Shown: positions 14,826-27,961, numbered from the whole stretch's first letter. The stretch: 63,742 nt of DNA, filler included, from Octopus bimaculoides (GCF_001194135.2; 6 parts of 4 records of this genome joined end to end with filler, not necessarily neighbours in it), one strand, 5' to 3'. Numbers and translations: made by a program. The notes: a model not told the origin generated them from the sequence alone.

Positions 14826-15236
14826 TTGTACGTTCCCAAGAATGTTTCTGGACGCTTGAAGAAATCTGGCCTTCTTTCACCTGTTGGAGCATAAACCGCC
14901 ACTAGTCTAAAGGGGCGCTACATTCACAGCCTTTCACGTCCAGGGCTACCACCCTACCATATGGATTTAGGAAGATAACCTGTACTTGGAGATCTAAGGA
15001 TTTCTGGAGTAGCACTGCTACACCGCCACCCGCTCCCGATAGACCGCAAGATGAGAATACCTCGTAGTTCTCGAAAATGGATGCTAGAGCGTGTTTCGCG
15101 GATATCATTGTTTCATTAATGGCAGCGCCATCTGCATTAAGTGACTTGAGATCATTGAACAAGTGACCTTGCTTCGAAGCTGATCCAAGGCCACGCACAT
15201 TCACACGCCCCAATCTCAGGACAGCCATACTAGTCG
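14826..15236 (-). mobile_element. L1/Tx1-type LINE ORF2 N-terminus (APE endonuclease), truncated
   Basis: ORF 14902-15228: MAVLRLGRVNVRGL..INET..GGGVAVLL..PYGRVVALDV. After a frameshift it continues RLVAVYAPT..PDFFKR. These are canonical APE domain I-V motifs. Confidence 0.85.
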
Positions 15237-15299
15237 GAAAAAGAGAATGGGAGGTTACTCACTTTGATTTTCGAGGAGCCGGGAAGTTCCAGGCCTCTC

Positions 15300-16800
15300 T
15301 ACTGGCGAAACGTTTTAAAAAGACCCGTCCAACAGCCATTTATCAACAGATTTGTTTTTAAATCCTCACACTACCTGGGAATTGCTGTCTTATAGTTTTA
15401 TAAACGTCTGGCGACGTTTTAATTAATAGTCTGTCCTTAGATGTTCTGAGGATGAAATCCGCAAATTCCTTTCCATCAGTGTCCATTTTATTTTTGCTTT
15501 AATTTACAAAATCCGTCAATCCATAGGTGCACTTGTTCGCAAAAGTAAATTTGATGGATACATTTCGTCTACATTCTGATGAATATTTTTGATGTTCTGC
15601 TATTAGTCGTTGCTCTCTTTCTGTGATTTCATGCTGTTGTTGATGACATTGCTGTTTTTGAAGTTGTTATTCTTGTTCTTGTTTTTGTTAGAGTGGTTGT
15701 GAGTTGCGTTGCAGTTGTGTTTTCAGAATAAGTTTTTGTTGATTTCTTGGAGTAGGGCTATGTACTCTCTTCCACTTTCGCTTACCACATTTTGTCACTG
15801 TCATCCATTGATCGTTCAGCTCTCCTTTCTCCATGTCATTGTAGTTGATGTTGGTTTGGGAGGAAGAGCATTCAGAAGAAACTTGCTCTTCCGTGGCAGC
15901 TGGGGGTACACTCCTTCATTGTCTTGGTTTGGGAGTGGTTGTGTGCGTTATTGTGGGTGTAGGTGTAGGAGTCTCGAGCACTTGTTTATGATTTTGAGCC
16001 TGTAGTATTTATTTGCAATGTTGGCAGCAGTGGGACTTTATTTTTTCTTGTTTCAGGGCAGAAAGCCTTTTACAGATTCACATATGTGGCATCTGGGCTC
16101 CCTTCTCTCCACGAAGACTAACAGGTGAGTACCATCCGAGAGATCTATTAGAGTTGACAGCTGGTCGATATGTTTCTGCTTGCATTGCAAGATCAGTTCC
16201 ATACCTAGACCTAACCAGTTTTGCTTAGATAGTTTCTTGACCTCCAATATTGTGACTTCAACTTCTTCTAAGCCTTTTAAGACAGCCACCACTAACCAGG
16301 TAATGGATATTTCTGGAAGCACAATCAGCACCCTAATCATGGCAAGGCACTGGCCGCGATAGCTGGGAATTAAGAAAAGGTTGTTATTCATCAAAGTGGT
16401 CATGGAATTACATTTAGGTCCTTCTTCCGTCTCAAATCTCAGCTCAGTAGTTCCAAACTTATTTCCTCAGGTGATGTGGGTCTTTTGCTCCCACCCGCAC
16501 ACAATGCATTTTTGTATTTCGTTCTCAGGAGCATTGTCCACCCGCCAAGATTTGACTCCAATGCAACGGCATTTTAGCATGCATTTTGCGATATTTTCTA
16601 TCACGTCGGATGAAAAGTTTAGAGCTAGCCTTCCACCTTGAAATGACACCGATAGGTTGTACTTGTCCTGAAGAAAGGGCGGGAGAGATTTGGTCTGTTG
16701 CCAGGACTGTATCGGAGCAGAAGTAAACAGCTTAGGGTGATATATAAAAGATACCGTGGAGCTACTGTTGAAACACACGAAGATGCCCGGCGTAATCGAA
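15300..16800 (-). mobile_element. L1/Tx1-type LINE ORF1 (gag-like, degenerate zinc knuckle), pseudogenised
   Basis: ORFs 16467-16778 and 16053-16403 are in the same frame (FGTTELRFETEE..IPSYRG..IRV..LPEIS..VFVERREPRCHIC). A low-complexity S/T/Q-rich tail follows, directly upstream of the APE ORF on the same strand. Confidence 0.65.
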
Positions 16801-16856
16801 ATGAAATTTTGTAACGAAAGAAAAGTTTAAATAAAATATAACCAACAAACAAAAAA

Positions 16857-17672
16857 GAAAAATCATGGAAGAAAAATGGGAGCTCAGTTTGCAAATCATG
16901 TGAACGCAAAGACAGATACAGAGGACAGGTGGCTATGGATGAGGAGGATTGACTTGGAGAAAGAGAAGAAGCACTCATATGCGCAGCTCAGGAGCGAGCG
17001 TTAAAATCAAACTATGTGAAATGCAGAATAAACACCACTACCGATAGCGACAAATGTAGAATGTGTGGTGAGAGGGGTGAAATGGTATGACACGTCGTTA
17101 GCGAATGCCCGAAATTGGCATAAGGCAAATACAAAAGACGACATGATAATGTGCAAGAATGATCCATTAGGAGCTCTGTAGAAATCACGGAATAATGGAA
17201 ACCGAGAATTGTAAAATCCTATGGGATGCAATGATACAGTGCCTTCACCTGACCAGATATCGGAAACCAGACATTGTTGTGGTGACTAAAAGGATAGAAA
17301 ATGTATGATAATCGTCATAGCATGCCCCGGTGACAACAAGATCAATGTGAAAGAAGAAAAAGTACACAACTATGACAATTTGAAGTTGGAAATATGAATG
17401 TTTTAGTCAATGGAGAGAGTAGACCTGATACCAATAGTAATTGATGCACTTGGAAGTATTAGCCCTCAACTACCAATATGTCTGGGAAAATCGGTGCACG
17501 TTTGAAGGTAGAACACCTACAAAAATGGGTTTTCCTTGGAACTACAAAAATTCGCAGGGTTCTTGAAGCATGACCATTAAACAAGTGTCACCTTAGTCTG
17601 TGGACGTCTGATATTTTCCAGCAAAATAAGCTGTGGGTTTTCATATAACAACAACAACAACAATAATAATTA
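16857..17672 (+). mobile_element. R4/Dong-clade LINE 3' end (CCHC knuckle + RLE endonuclease + tail), decayed
   Basis: Broken frames read ALICAAQERALKSNY..CRMCGERGEMV*HVVSECPKLA..YKRRHDNV..KILWD..PDIVV..IACPGD..LGT. The copy ends in a (CAA)n(TAA)n tail at ~17648-17670. Confidence 0.85.
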
Positions 17673-17675
17673 CTC

Positions 17676-18900
17676 ATAAATAAAATGATTGCAGAGAATT
17701 GCCGGAGCAAAAAGTAGAACCTGTGTATGCCATGGATAGACTACAGGAAAGCGTTCGATAGTGACCCACATAATTGGTTACTCAAGGCCCTTGAGATATT
17801 CAAGATCTCTTCTGTAGTCTCCAAATTCTTACAAGGTAGCACGGCCAAGCGGAATACACGTCTCTTTCTAAACTATATTAATGGGATGAGCCAATCAAAC
17901 AACATCAACATCAAACGAAGCATCTTTCAAGGTGACTGCTTTTCCCCATTACTCTTTTGCATGGCACTTAACTACTCTCAAATGAGGTATAGGTTCAAAA
18001 TGTATAATATCATACGAAATCATCTGTTTCATATGGATGATATGAATCTGTTTGCTAGAAATGACGAAGTGCTAGTAAGGCTGTTAACAACTGTTAAATA
18101 GTTCCACAATGACATCGGATGGATTTTGGCCTTGATAAGTGTGCAAAAGCAACTTTTGTAAGAGGAAAGCTGAAGCAAACAGCTTCCATTAAATTAGATA
18201 CCGACACTACCATCAACAAGCTTGACCCACAAGGAAGCTATAAATACCTGGGTATAAACGAAGGAGACGGTATACAACAATCCTGTGATGGAAAAAATAC
18301 GAAGGGAGTATTACAGAACAATACGACTCATACTAAAAACTGAACCCAACTCCAAAAATCGCATCGAAGCCATTGATACCCTGGCACTTCCAGTAGTTCA
18401 ATACGGTTTTAACACCATTAACTGGTATCTTTCAGATCGGCTACTCGATCTGAAGAAAATTCTAACTGGGCTTTACCATGAAGGACAAACACTGTTTATC
18501 TAGATACGAGATCATGACTTCGCGCAAATATGATTGTTATGCATGTGCCCAGTGAGCGCTTATCGGACGGGTATTCAGAATGGGAATCTTGGGCTTCGTA
18601 TATGCGTGCACCGCATCCCTTTGAAGGCGTGCGCTGCACTCTCACAAAAAGAAAATAATAAATTGCCACCCCTGGGGATGCACACTATACTTGAGAACGC
18701 ATGTGTAGATCATAAAGAGCTGGAAAAGGTGTGGAAATGCGAAATTAAAAGAATATGGGCAATGAAGAGAGTAACTGTCCTCCTAGTAGTTGCAAGTACA
18801 CGGAGAGCACTAACAACTAAGACTGCGAAATATTTCGGAGAAATTGAAATTGACACGAGGGTAGAACATGCTCACAAATCTGTAGAAATTTGAGATTGGT
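17676..18900 (+). mobile_element. Second R4/Dong-clade LINE fragment (RT core, thumb, and remnant of the RLE C-terminus)
   Basis: WIDYRKAFDSDPH, IFQGDCFSPLLF, HLFHMDD, MDFGLDKCAK, YKYLG, EKIRREYY..LALPVVQY. Then EIKRIWAMKRVTVL..EIEIDTRVEH at ~18730-18890 after an internal deletion or replacement. Confidence 0.9.
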
Positions 18901-19066
18901 ACTTGGGCGCTAAGTAATTTCCATGATACATAACCAAGTCTTATGATTCATGGAAAGAAACCCAGTGAGACATTTGACAATATATATATGAACACACCTG
19001 TACAACACACACGCACTCACACACACACACACACACATATATATAAATGTACAACACCCACACATT

Positions 19067-19121
<55 letters not shown>

Positions 19122-19247
19122 CATACATACATACATACATATATATANNNNNNNNNNNNNNNNNNNNNNNNNNNNNNNNNNNNNNNNNNNNTTAATTAAT
19201 TAANNNNNNNNNNNNNNNNNNNNNNNNNNNNNNNNNNNNNNNNNNNN

Positions 19248-19301
<54 letters not shown>

Positions 19302-19302
<1 letters not shown>

Positions 19303-21070
19303 TGAAATTTGGATTAAAAAAATGTGCCAAAGCAACCCTGAAAAGAGGAAAACTAGTTAAGAGTAGCATCATCACACTAGATAAAGCCAATGAAATAAGA
19401 GAATTAGACCAAAGCCAGACATACAAATATTTAGAAATCAATGAAATAGATAGGATACAACACACACAAATGAAAGAGAAAATAAAGAAAGAATACTATA
19501 GACGAGTTACGTCAATACTAAAAACAGAGCTCAATGCTATAAACAAGATAATAGGTATTAACACTTTAGCTGTCCCAGTTATAAGCTACAGCTACAATAT
19601 CCTTAACTGGACACTAAACGAACTATCTAAAATAGACAGGAAACAAGAAAAATAATGACAGGATCTCGGATGCACCACACAAAATCTGACATAGAAAGGC
19701 TATATATACAACGCACAGAAGGTGGGAGAGGCCTTATACAGCTGGAAAACTATTACAAAATAACCACCATAGGACTGCAAAACTACCTACTTCAAGAAGC
19801 AAGGAAGACTAATACAAATAGCCACAAAATACGAGCAAAACAAAACACTATTTTCAGTATTTAAGGAAGCTGACAAATACAAACAAGATATCATACTACC
19901 TAATAAAGAAGAAGAAGAAGAAGAAGAAGAAGAAGAAGAAGAAGAAGAAGAAGAAGAAGAAGAAGAAGAAGAAGAAGAAGANNNNNNNNNNNNNNNNNNN
20001 NNNNNNNNNNNNNNNNNNNNNNNNNNNNNNNNNNNNNNNNNNNNNNNNNNNNNNNNNNNNNNNNNNNNNNNNNNNNNNNNNNNNNNNNNNNNNNNNNNNN
20101 NNNNNNNNNNNNNNNNNNNNNNNNNNNNNNNNNNNNNNNNNNNNNNNNNNNNNNNNNNNNNNNNNNNNNNNNNNNNNNNNNNNNNNNNNNNNNNNNNNNN
20201 NNNNNNNNNNNNNNNNNNNNNNNNNNNNNNNNNNNNNNNNNNNNNNNNNNNNNNNNNNNNNNNNNNNNNNNNNNNNNNNNNNNNNNNNNNNNNNNNNNNN
20301 NNNNNNNNNNNNNNNNNNNNNNNNNNNNNNNNNNNNNNNNNNNNNNNNNNNNNNNNNNNNNNNNNNNNNNNNNNNNNNNNNNNNNNNNNNNNNNNNNNNN
20401 NNNNNNNNNNNNNNNNNNNNNNNNNNNNNNNNNNNNNNNNNNNNNNNNNNNNNNNNNNNNNNNNNNNNNNNNNNNNNNNNNNNNNNNNNNNNNNNNNNNN
20501 NNNNNNNNNNNNNNNNNNNNNNNNNNNNNNNNNNNNNNNNNNNNNNNNNNNNNNNNNNNNNNNNNNNNNNNNNNNNNNNNNNNNNNNNNNNNNNNNNNNN
20601 NNNNNNNNNNNNNNNNNNNNNNNNNNNNNNNNNNNNNNNNNNNNNNNNNNNNNNNNNNNNNNNNNNNNNNNNNNNNNNNNNNNNNNNNNNNNNNNNNNNN
20701 NNNNNNNNNNNNNNNNNNNNNNNNNNNNNNNNNNNNNNNNNNNNNNNNNNNNNNNNNNNNNNNNNNNNNNNNNNNNNNNNNNNNNNNNNNNNNNNNNNNN
20801 GAATCTAAAAACAGAAACAATTCCTATCATAGTAAGTGCCTTAGGTATGATAAAAAAATATTCAGACAAATACATAACAAAAACACCAGGACTTACAAAT
20901 ATATATAACATACAGAAAATTGCCCTACCGGGCACTGCACACATCCTACGCAAAACACTTTCAATACAGTAACCATAAGAGCATCACAGCAAACCACAGC
21001 ACATACCCAAGGCACACAGAGCTGCGCTCGGTAGTGAAGTGAAAGCACATTATAAAAATAAAACTACTGC
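19302..21070 (+). mobile_element. Third R4/Dong-clade LINE, 5'-truncated, flanked by (TAA)n on both sides (819-N gap inside)
   Basis: KFGLKKCAKAT..YKYLEI..KEYYRRV..LAVPVISYS; RMHHTKSDIERLY..EGGRGLIQLE. After the gap: IPIIVSALGMIKK..IQKIALPGTAHILRK*, a 3' UTR, then (TAA)n at 21071-21164. (TAA)n at 19248-19301 lies at the 5' junction. Confidence 0.9.
19908..19981 (+). repeat. (GAA)n tract inside the LINE reading frame (poly-Glu)
   Basis: Frame reads FKEADKYKQDIILPNK-EEEE... up to the gap. Confidence 0.85.
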
Positions 21071-21138
<68 letters not shown>

Positions 21139-21197
21139 TATAATAATAATTATAATAATAATAACGTTATTTGACAAACCAAATTTGTTTATTTTAG

Positions 21198-21280
21198 ATT
21201 ACTGGAATCAGACTTCGACACCTAATAGCACAATGGAAACCGGCGCTCCAGAAGAAGTAATTCATGCAAGAATCCAGATG
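21198..21280 (+). CDS. Candidate internal exon of an unidentified host gene (83 nt, phase 1 to 0)
   Basis: tttgtttattttAG acceptor, GTAAGT donor, one open frame (x)YWNQTSTPNSTMETGAPEEVIHARIQM; the other two frames contain stops. No recognisable homology. Confidence 0.4.
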
Positions 21281-21498
21281 GTAAGTAATTATGTTGATTG
21301 GTAAGAATATTGTATCATTATTAAATTACAAATACAATGAAGGTTAATTAACTATTGACGCCCAAATATGACTCGTGGATATCAAAAGTTGACCTATTCA
21401 AATACGAAAACATCTGGACATTGATTATATTTGGTTTGTTAAGAGTCACGTCATAAATAAATGACTTTTTCGTTGTAGTCCAAAATATTAATTAGTTT

Positions 21499-21775
21499 GC
21501 AGGCGTGACTGTGTGGTTAAGAGGCTTGCTTCCCCAACCATTCGGTCATGGGTTCAGTCCCACTACGTAGAACTTTTGACAAGCGTCTTCTACTATAACC
21601 TCGGGCCAAAGCCTTGTGAATAGATTTGGTGGAGGAAAACTGAAAGAAGCCTGTCGTGTGTGTGTGTGTGTTTCACCCGCCACTTCCTGACAACTTGACT
21701 ACCAGCATTGGTCTTCGTAGCTTAGCAGTTCGGCAAATGATACCGATAAAATAAGTTTCGGGCTTAAAAAACAAT
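21499..21775 (+). mobile_element. SINE family A, degenerate copy
   Basis: ggcgtgactgtgtggttaag..ggttcagtcccact..ttctactata..ccttgtga..gatttggt..aactgaaagaagcc followed by the internal (TG)n. Confidence 0.75.
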
Positions 21776-22073
21776 AATCCCCGTTCATCCTCGTTTATCT
21801 TCTTAATTAAATTTGGATCATTACAACATGTCATTAGAAATCGCTGTTATCGTGGTTGTTGCTACCGTGTTTGCAATAGTTCTCAATTTTTAACTTGTGG
21901 TGGATGCAAGGGCATCATGCTGAGTCCTTCAGTTAATGAATTCCAGTAGCAAACATTACATTAACACTACTATTTACGAAGGAAAAACTGTTCTCATTGT
22001 TTCGACTCAATCAAACTTCTAAAACAGGAGTTTAACGCATATTCAAGAAATCGTTATTATATCACGTCCTATA

Positions 22074-22270
22074 GGCGGCGAGCTGGCAGAATTGTTAGCA
22101 CAGCGGACAAAGTGCTTAGCGGTATTTCTTCCGGCTATACATCCTGATTTCAAATTCCACCGAGATCATTCTTTCGGGGTCGATAAAAAGTACCTGTCAA
22201 ACACTGGGTCGATGGGATCGTCTATCTCGCTCCCACAAAATTTCAGGTCTTGTGCCTACAGAAGAAAGGA
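22074..22270 (+). mobile_element. SINE family C (tRNA-like head)
   Basis: ggcggcgagctggcagaattgttagc (A box-like)..ttcaaattcc (B box-like)..ttcggggtcgataaaaagtacc..actgggtcgat. Confidence 0.8.
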
Positions 22271-23719
22271 TTATGTAATTAGTCGGAAATAAGCACTAGC
22301 AGTACATGTTCCATGTATTTATTGCTCGGTGTTCAAACTCCGCCTTTCATTCGTTTGGTGTCCATAAAATAATCTGCTGGTCAAATTGTGGATTCGACAT
22401 AATCAACTAACACCTTAACCCTCAAAATTGCTAGCCCTGTCCCTAAATTAGAAAAAAAACAACTTATTCTGTATTTTACTTACTGCACAAGCTTTCTGTT
22501 TTTGCGGGAAAGGAGAACCAATTGTTTGAATAATAACTTATATATCGAGCTCCTTCGGACTCTAGTTTGGCTCGTCATTGATAATGATATGGTCAACGCC
22601 GTATAAATGTAAACTCTGGACAACCCGAAGTCAAGACTCTGTTTTGATTGCCGGGTTAAACCATTTCATTTAACACGTTAATACCTTCGTACAAGGCACA
22701 AATGTTATACAATCTTACTCTCGACCATTCAAATATTAGAAAGATACTGATTGGGGGATGAAATTGTACCAATACATGGAATAAAAAAAAACTCATTTTA
22801 AAAACCTTAGTCTATTCATCATTAGAGAATATACGCTACGTTAATCAGAACAATCAAGCCTTAAAGTTCGGGAATTGTTCAGTGATCCACCACGTCATCT
22901 ACTACTGATGTTGCTGCTGCTGCTGCTACTGCTGCTGCCACACCGCACTACTTACTGCTACTGATACTACTTACCTCAACCAACCACAGCTACTAATACA
23001 GTAGACCCGCAACACAATTCGAGCAACGCCTTTCATCACAACACACTAGAATTGCTTGTTTATAACAACACGTTTCTTTGGACCCTTTGATTATTTTCTT
23101 CTATTTGAAAAGGGGAATCCTTTCCGAAATATTATAGGATCATTAAACAACCTATACAAAGCAATACAATATCTCTTTTCTCTTTGTTTTCATCCACTGG
23201 CATCACCTTACATAGTTTACTTAATACCTCGCCAGTATTATCTCATATGTAATCCTATATTTTCTTACAGTTACAGTGTTCTCTGATAATTGTTGGCCTC
23301 CTCCAGTTTCTGTTGGGTGCAACAGGTCTTGTGGGTATCGTGTTTCGCTACATCGGCCCAGTTACGATAACACCGACACTTTTACTTATTGGATTCTACA
23401 TTTTTAAAGTGATTGTGAAATTCAGTGAGACCCATTGGGGGATATCCATGGCGTGAGTACATTTCCGTTTCTGCGGAATACTTTTGCTTAATTTCACTTT
23501 CATATTACTTTTCCTGTTTCGTTCGTGGATAAGTCTCAAATAGTATTAAAAGATAATCTAATCTAATCTGCATGATTTCTATATGGTTTCTATATCCCAA
23601 ACCATTTCTGCATTTCTCTTTTTGTATTTGTGTGATAAAAAAAAAACCCAGCAGCATAGCTGTCACTCGCAAACGTGTATAACTTGGCAACGTGTCCCAT
23701 GGTTTAGCTAATTATGTTT

Positions 23720-23965
23720 AAGTTTCCTGTATACAGGCCGAGACACCTCGGTTGTCCACTCATGATCCAGCGAAATAACCAGGATTTGATAGCTGGGAGT
23801 AGGGATGGACCAGTACTTAGCTGGTATCCTTTTTTTGCTCTCTAGACTGGAACAACATGAAATGAAGTACCATGTTCAAGGATACAACAAGCAGCCCGAT
23901 CCAGGAATCGAACTCATAATTCTATGATCGTGGGACCAACGCACCAACCACATGGTCACGCGCTT
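23720..23965 (-). mobile_element. Old SINE with a family D-type head
   Basis: caacatgaaatgaagt..caaggatacaac..cccgatccaggaatcgaa..atgatc..aaccac..cacgcgc matches the 5' half of the family D copy at 53171-53429. Confidence 0.6.
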
Positions 23966-24684
23966 TCGTATTCATATGATAAAAGTAGAAATTATTGACT
24001 GATCCCATGTTAGAAGGAACCGATTATGAGAATAGCCGGAATATAGTTGGCAGAGACATTAGAATGTTGGACAGAATACCTTGCAGTATTTGTCCAGACT
24101 CTACGCTCTGGGTTCAAATCCCATCAGTTCAAGGTATGGATTCCTGGAATTACAAGAGGTTCAGTTATGATGCTTAGTAATATCTGTTCTGGCCTTTTGA
24201 ATTCTGTCAGTACTGCTGCAATGACACCGACGCCAAACTGTATCGGCTTGTGTCAGCAGCCGTTCCTTGTATAAACTCTGATGATGCGATGTGATAACGA
24301 GAGGCCTTGCGTGCATATAAGCAAACGGTTAGTCTTTCTAAAAACAAAAATCTTGCCTAAGCCTGTACATTCACACGTTGACGCATGGTTAACAATAACC
24401 GACGAAGACTCTATATATTCTAGCACGTTCTCAAATAATAAAAGTTTGAATTTTCTTGTCTTCAGAAATTATTTATTTGAATTTCAGAACTTCAAGTATG
24501 TCTGTGATTCTGTCAATGTACCTTGCCAAATATAAGATTCCAGTTCCAGCTTGGACTCCTAAAAAAGGCTTTCATACAAAACGTACTTCGCTGCATGCCA
24601 CATTTTCAGTGAGTATCCGTCGTCCAATTCGTCCTTATGAATTAAATTTCCAGCTGTGCCAGATGTGCACATTGACACATACAC

Positions 24685-24751
<67 letters not shown>

Positions 24752-25949
24752 AACACACACATAGACATACACACACACATACACAACCACACTATACATG
24801 TATTTCTATAAAACAACATATCAACAAACACGTGCATACATACATACATTCATATGTAGAGAGATATACATACATAAATACATATGTGTGTGTGTGTGTG
24901 TGTAAGAAGTAGCCATTTATGTATAATACTTGATGTAAATACATCGTTGAAAGGCAAATTAACTGTCATATTTGTCCGGAGGTAACATCCCTTATGGGCG
25001 TGTTGTGCTTGAGAACACAATATACATCGGAGGGAAACGAAAATTGTTCTAGCAGCGACAAGAACGAACACTAGATGTATTTTGGCCTCGTTGGGCCTTG
25101 TTAATAGTGTGTGCCCACATCCAGTCCCTTGTTTAGATGAGATTTGTCATATCCAATATATGATATTTAGGAAAACAGTGACAAAACATTAACTGGAATT
25201 GCGAATAGCCGTCCGGGCGAATAAAAACCCGTTATATGCAGTAGAAGCAATATTAAATAAAAATAGCAATCTACGTATCATATTTAATGTAAATACATCA
25301 CTGAAAGGCAAATTTAGAATGGTATTCTTTCGGTGATAACATCTCTTATAAGCGTGTTGTGTTTAGAACACAATGTGTGTGTGTTTGTATATTTATATAC
25401 ACACACGCACGCTCGCACATACATACACATACGCACATGTACACACACGTACACACACGAACACACGCAACACACACATATACATACATACATACATACA
25501 TACATACATACATACATACATACATACAATAAAAATAGAGAGAAATGCAAGTTTATATTAAAGTTCCTACGCGCGTTTTACCATTATGGTGGTTAGGAAC
25601 CTTGCTACAGAAGTCCCAAATACATATAGGTGCTCAACCACAACGGATCTTCAAGGATACAACAAAGTCCTCCTTGATGACTCGTTACGATTGAGCATGA
25701 ATACGCGTCTGGAACATTTATCGCAAGGCTCCAAACAACCGTGGTAGTGAAACACGTGTAAGAACTATAACATAAACCTGTGTTTATCCTTCTTTTTCCT
25801 ACATTTGTTCCGTAGTTCCTAACTAGTAATACTACTCATTATAGAAGTTGTCTAACCACTTTACAGACAGCAGACTGGATGATGATAATCTACATGGAGC
25901 TCTAAACATAACAGTAGGGATGGAAAATTTACTTGTACACATAATTCGT

Positions 25950-26006
<57 letters not shown>

Positions 26007-26161
26007 NNNNNNNNNNNNNNNNNNNNNNNNNNNNNNNNNNNNNNNNNNNNTTAATTAATTAANNNNNNNNNNNNNNNNNNNNNNNNNNNNNNNNNNNNNN
26101 NNNNNNAGAACTAAAGAGATCAATAATATTAAAGCATTTATTGGTAACCTACCAATATTGA

Positions 26162-26475
26162 GTGGGGGCGCAATGGCCCAGTAGTTAGGGCAGAGGACTC
26201 GCGGTCATAGAATCGCGGTTTCGATTCCCAGACCGGGCGTTGTGAGTGTTTATTGAGCGAACCCTGCTGTACTTTTTCACCACAACTTTCTCTCACTCTT
26301 ACTTCCTGTTTCTGTTGTGCCTGTAATTCAAAGGGTCAGCCTTGTCACACTGTGTCACGCTGAATATCCCCAAGAACTACGTTAAGGGTACACGTGTCTG
26401 TGGAGTGCTCAGCCACTTGCACGTTAATTTCACGAGCAGGCTGTTCCGTTGATCAGATCAAATGGAACCCTCGAC
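26162..26475 (+). mobile_element. SINE family B with an internal deletion
   Basis: Near-identical to 34114-34500 and 47724-48043, but lacks the segment between tattgagcgaa and accctgctgtac. Confidence 0.85.
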
Positions 26476-27123
26476 TCTGGAGGCTTGGTACGTTATGGAG
26501 AAAGAGCGACTAGGAAAGTCTTTTTTATACAATAATAACTATATTTTATTGCATAAATAAGACTTTCGTAGTTGCTCTTTCTCCGTAACTTATCAAGCCT
26601 CCGGATTTGTTCAGGGTAAAGACCCCCTTCAGTTATGTTTGTCCATGGGGTTGCACCTAGAAAGTTCCCCTCCGAGGAACGAGCAAAGGCCGATACAGTT
26701 TGGCACCAGTGACGTTGCAGCTTAATTCTACAGCTGAGTAAACTGGATCAACACGAAATAAAGTACATTTGTCTTCGGCTTTATAGTCCGACGAGATGTT
26801 CACGAGGCTAAGGCCTTTATGGATGCCAGACCACCATTGGTCACTCTATGACCGGACATAGACTTAATTACTTATAAATACATCGATACTTTAGAGTGTG
26901 GTTCTTTTTCGGATATACGACACATTGACAATACACACACACACACACAACACACACACACAACACACACACACACAACACAAATACACACGCACACGCA
27001 CACACACACACACGCAAACATACACACACAGATAGACGCATACACACAGAGTGCAATATTGGACCCAATACCATTCAAATAGTGGTAGAAGTGGTATATG
27101 TGTTTCGGAGCAGTAGAAGGTTC

Positions 27124-27177
<54 letters not shown>

Positions 27178-27199
27178 TGTTCGTAGTAGTATGTTAGTT

Positions 27200-27241
<42 letters not shown>

Positions 27242-27260
27242 TGTTCGTAGTAGTATGTTC

Positions 27261-27302
<42 letters not shown>

Positions 27303-27305
27303 TGT

Positions 27306-27341
<36 letters not shown>

Positions 27342-27375
27342 TAGTATGTTCGCAGCAGCAGCAGCAGCAGCAGTG

Positions 27376-27418
<43 letters not shown>
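27124..27418. repeat. Compound (GTA)n microsatellite with recurring TGTTC/TGTT interruptions and a (GCA)n insert
   Basis: Directly visible. Confidence 0.9.
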
Positions 27419-27925
27419 CTATTGAGATGGCTTGGTGTCAAACGTTGCAAATGTTCGTTCCGGTTGTTTATTCCTAAGTTCAAATATCAACGATGTTTAA
27501 TTCTTACCTTTCATCCTTTCGAAGGTCAATAAAATGAGATAAAATAACTGAAACAATTAAAGTCAATTTAATTATTTTTCATTCCACCCCCNNNNNNNNN
27601 NNNNNNNNNNNNNNNNNNNNNNNNNNNNNNNNNNNNNNNNNNNNNNNNNNNNNNNNNNNNNNNNNNNNNNNNNNNNNNNNNNNNNNNNNNNNNNNNNNNN
27701 NNNNNNNNNNNNNNNNNNNNNNNNNNNNNNNNNNNNNNNNNNNNNNNNNNNNNNNNNNNNNNNNNNNNNNNNNNATATATGTATATATATATGTATATAT
27801 GTATGTATGTATATATATATATGTATATATGTATGTATGTATATATATATATATATGTATATAGATATATATATATATGTGTGTATATATATATATATGT
27901 ATATGTATATGTATATATATATATA

Positions 27926-27961
<36 letters not shown>

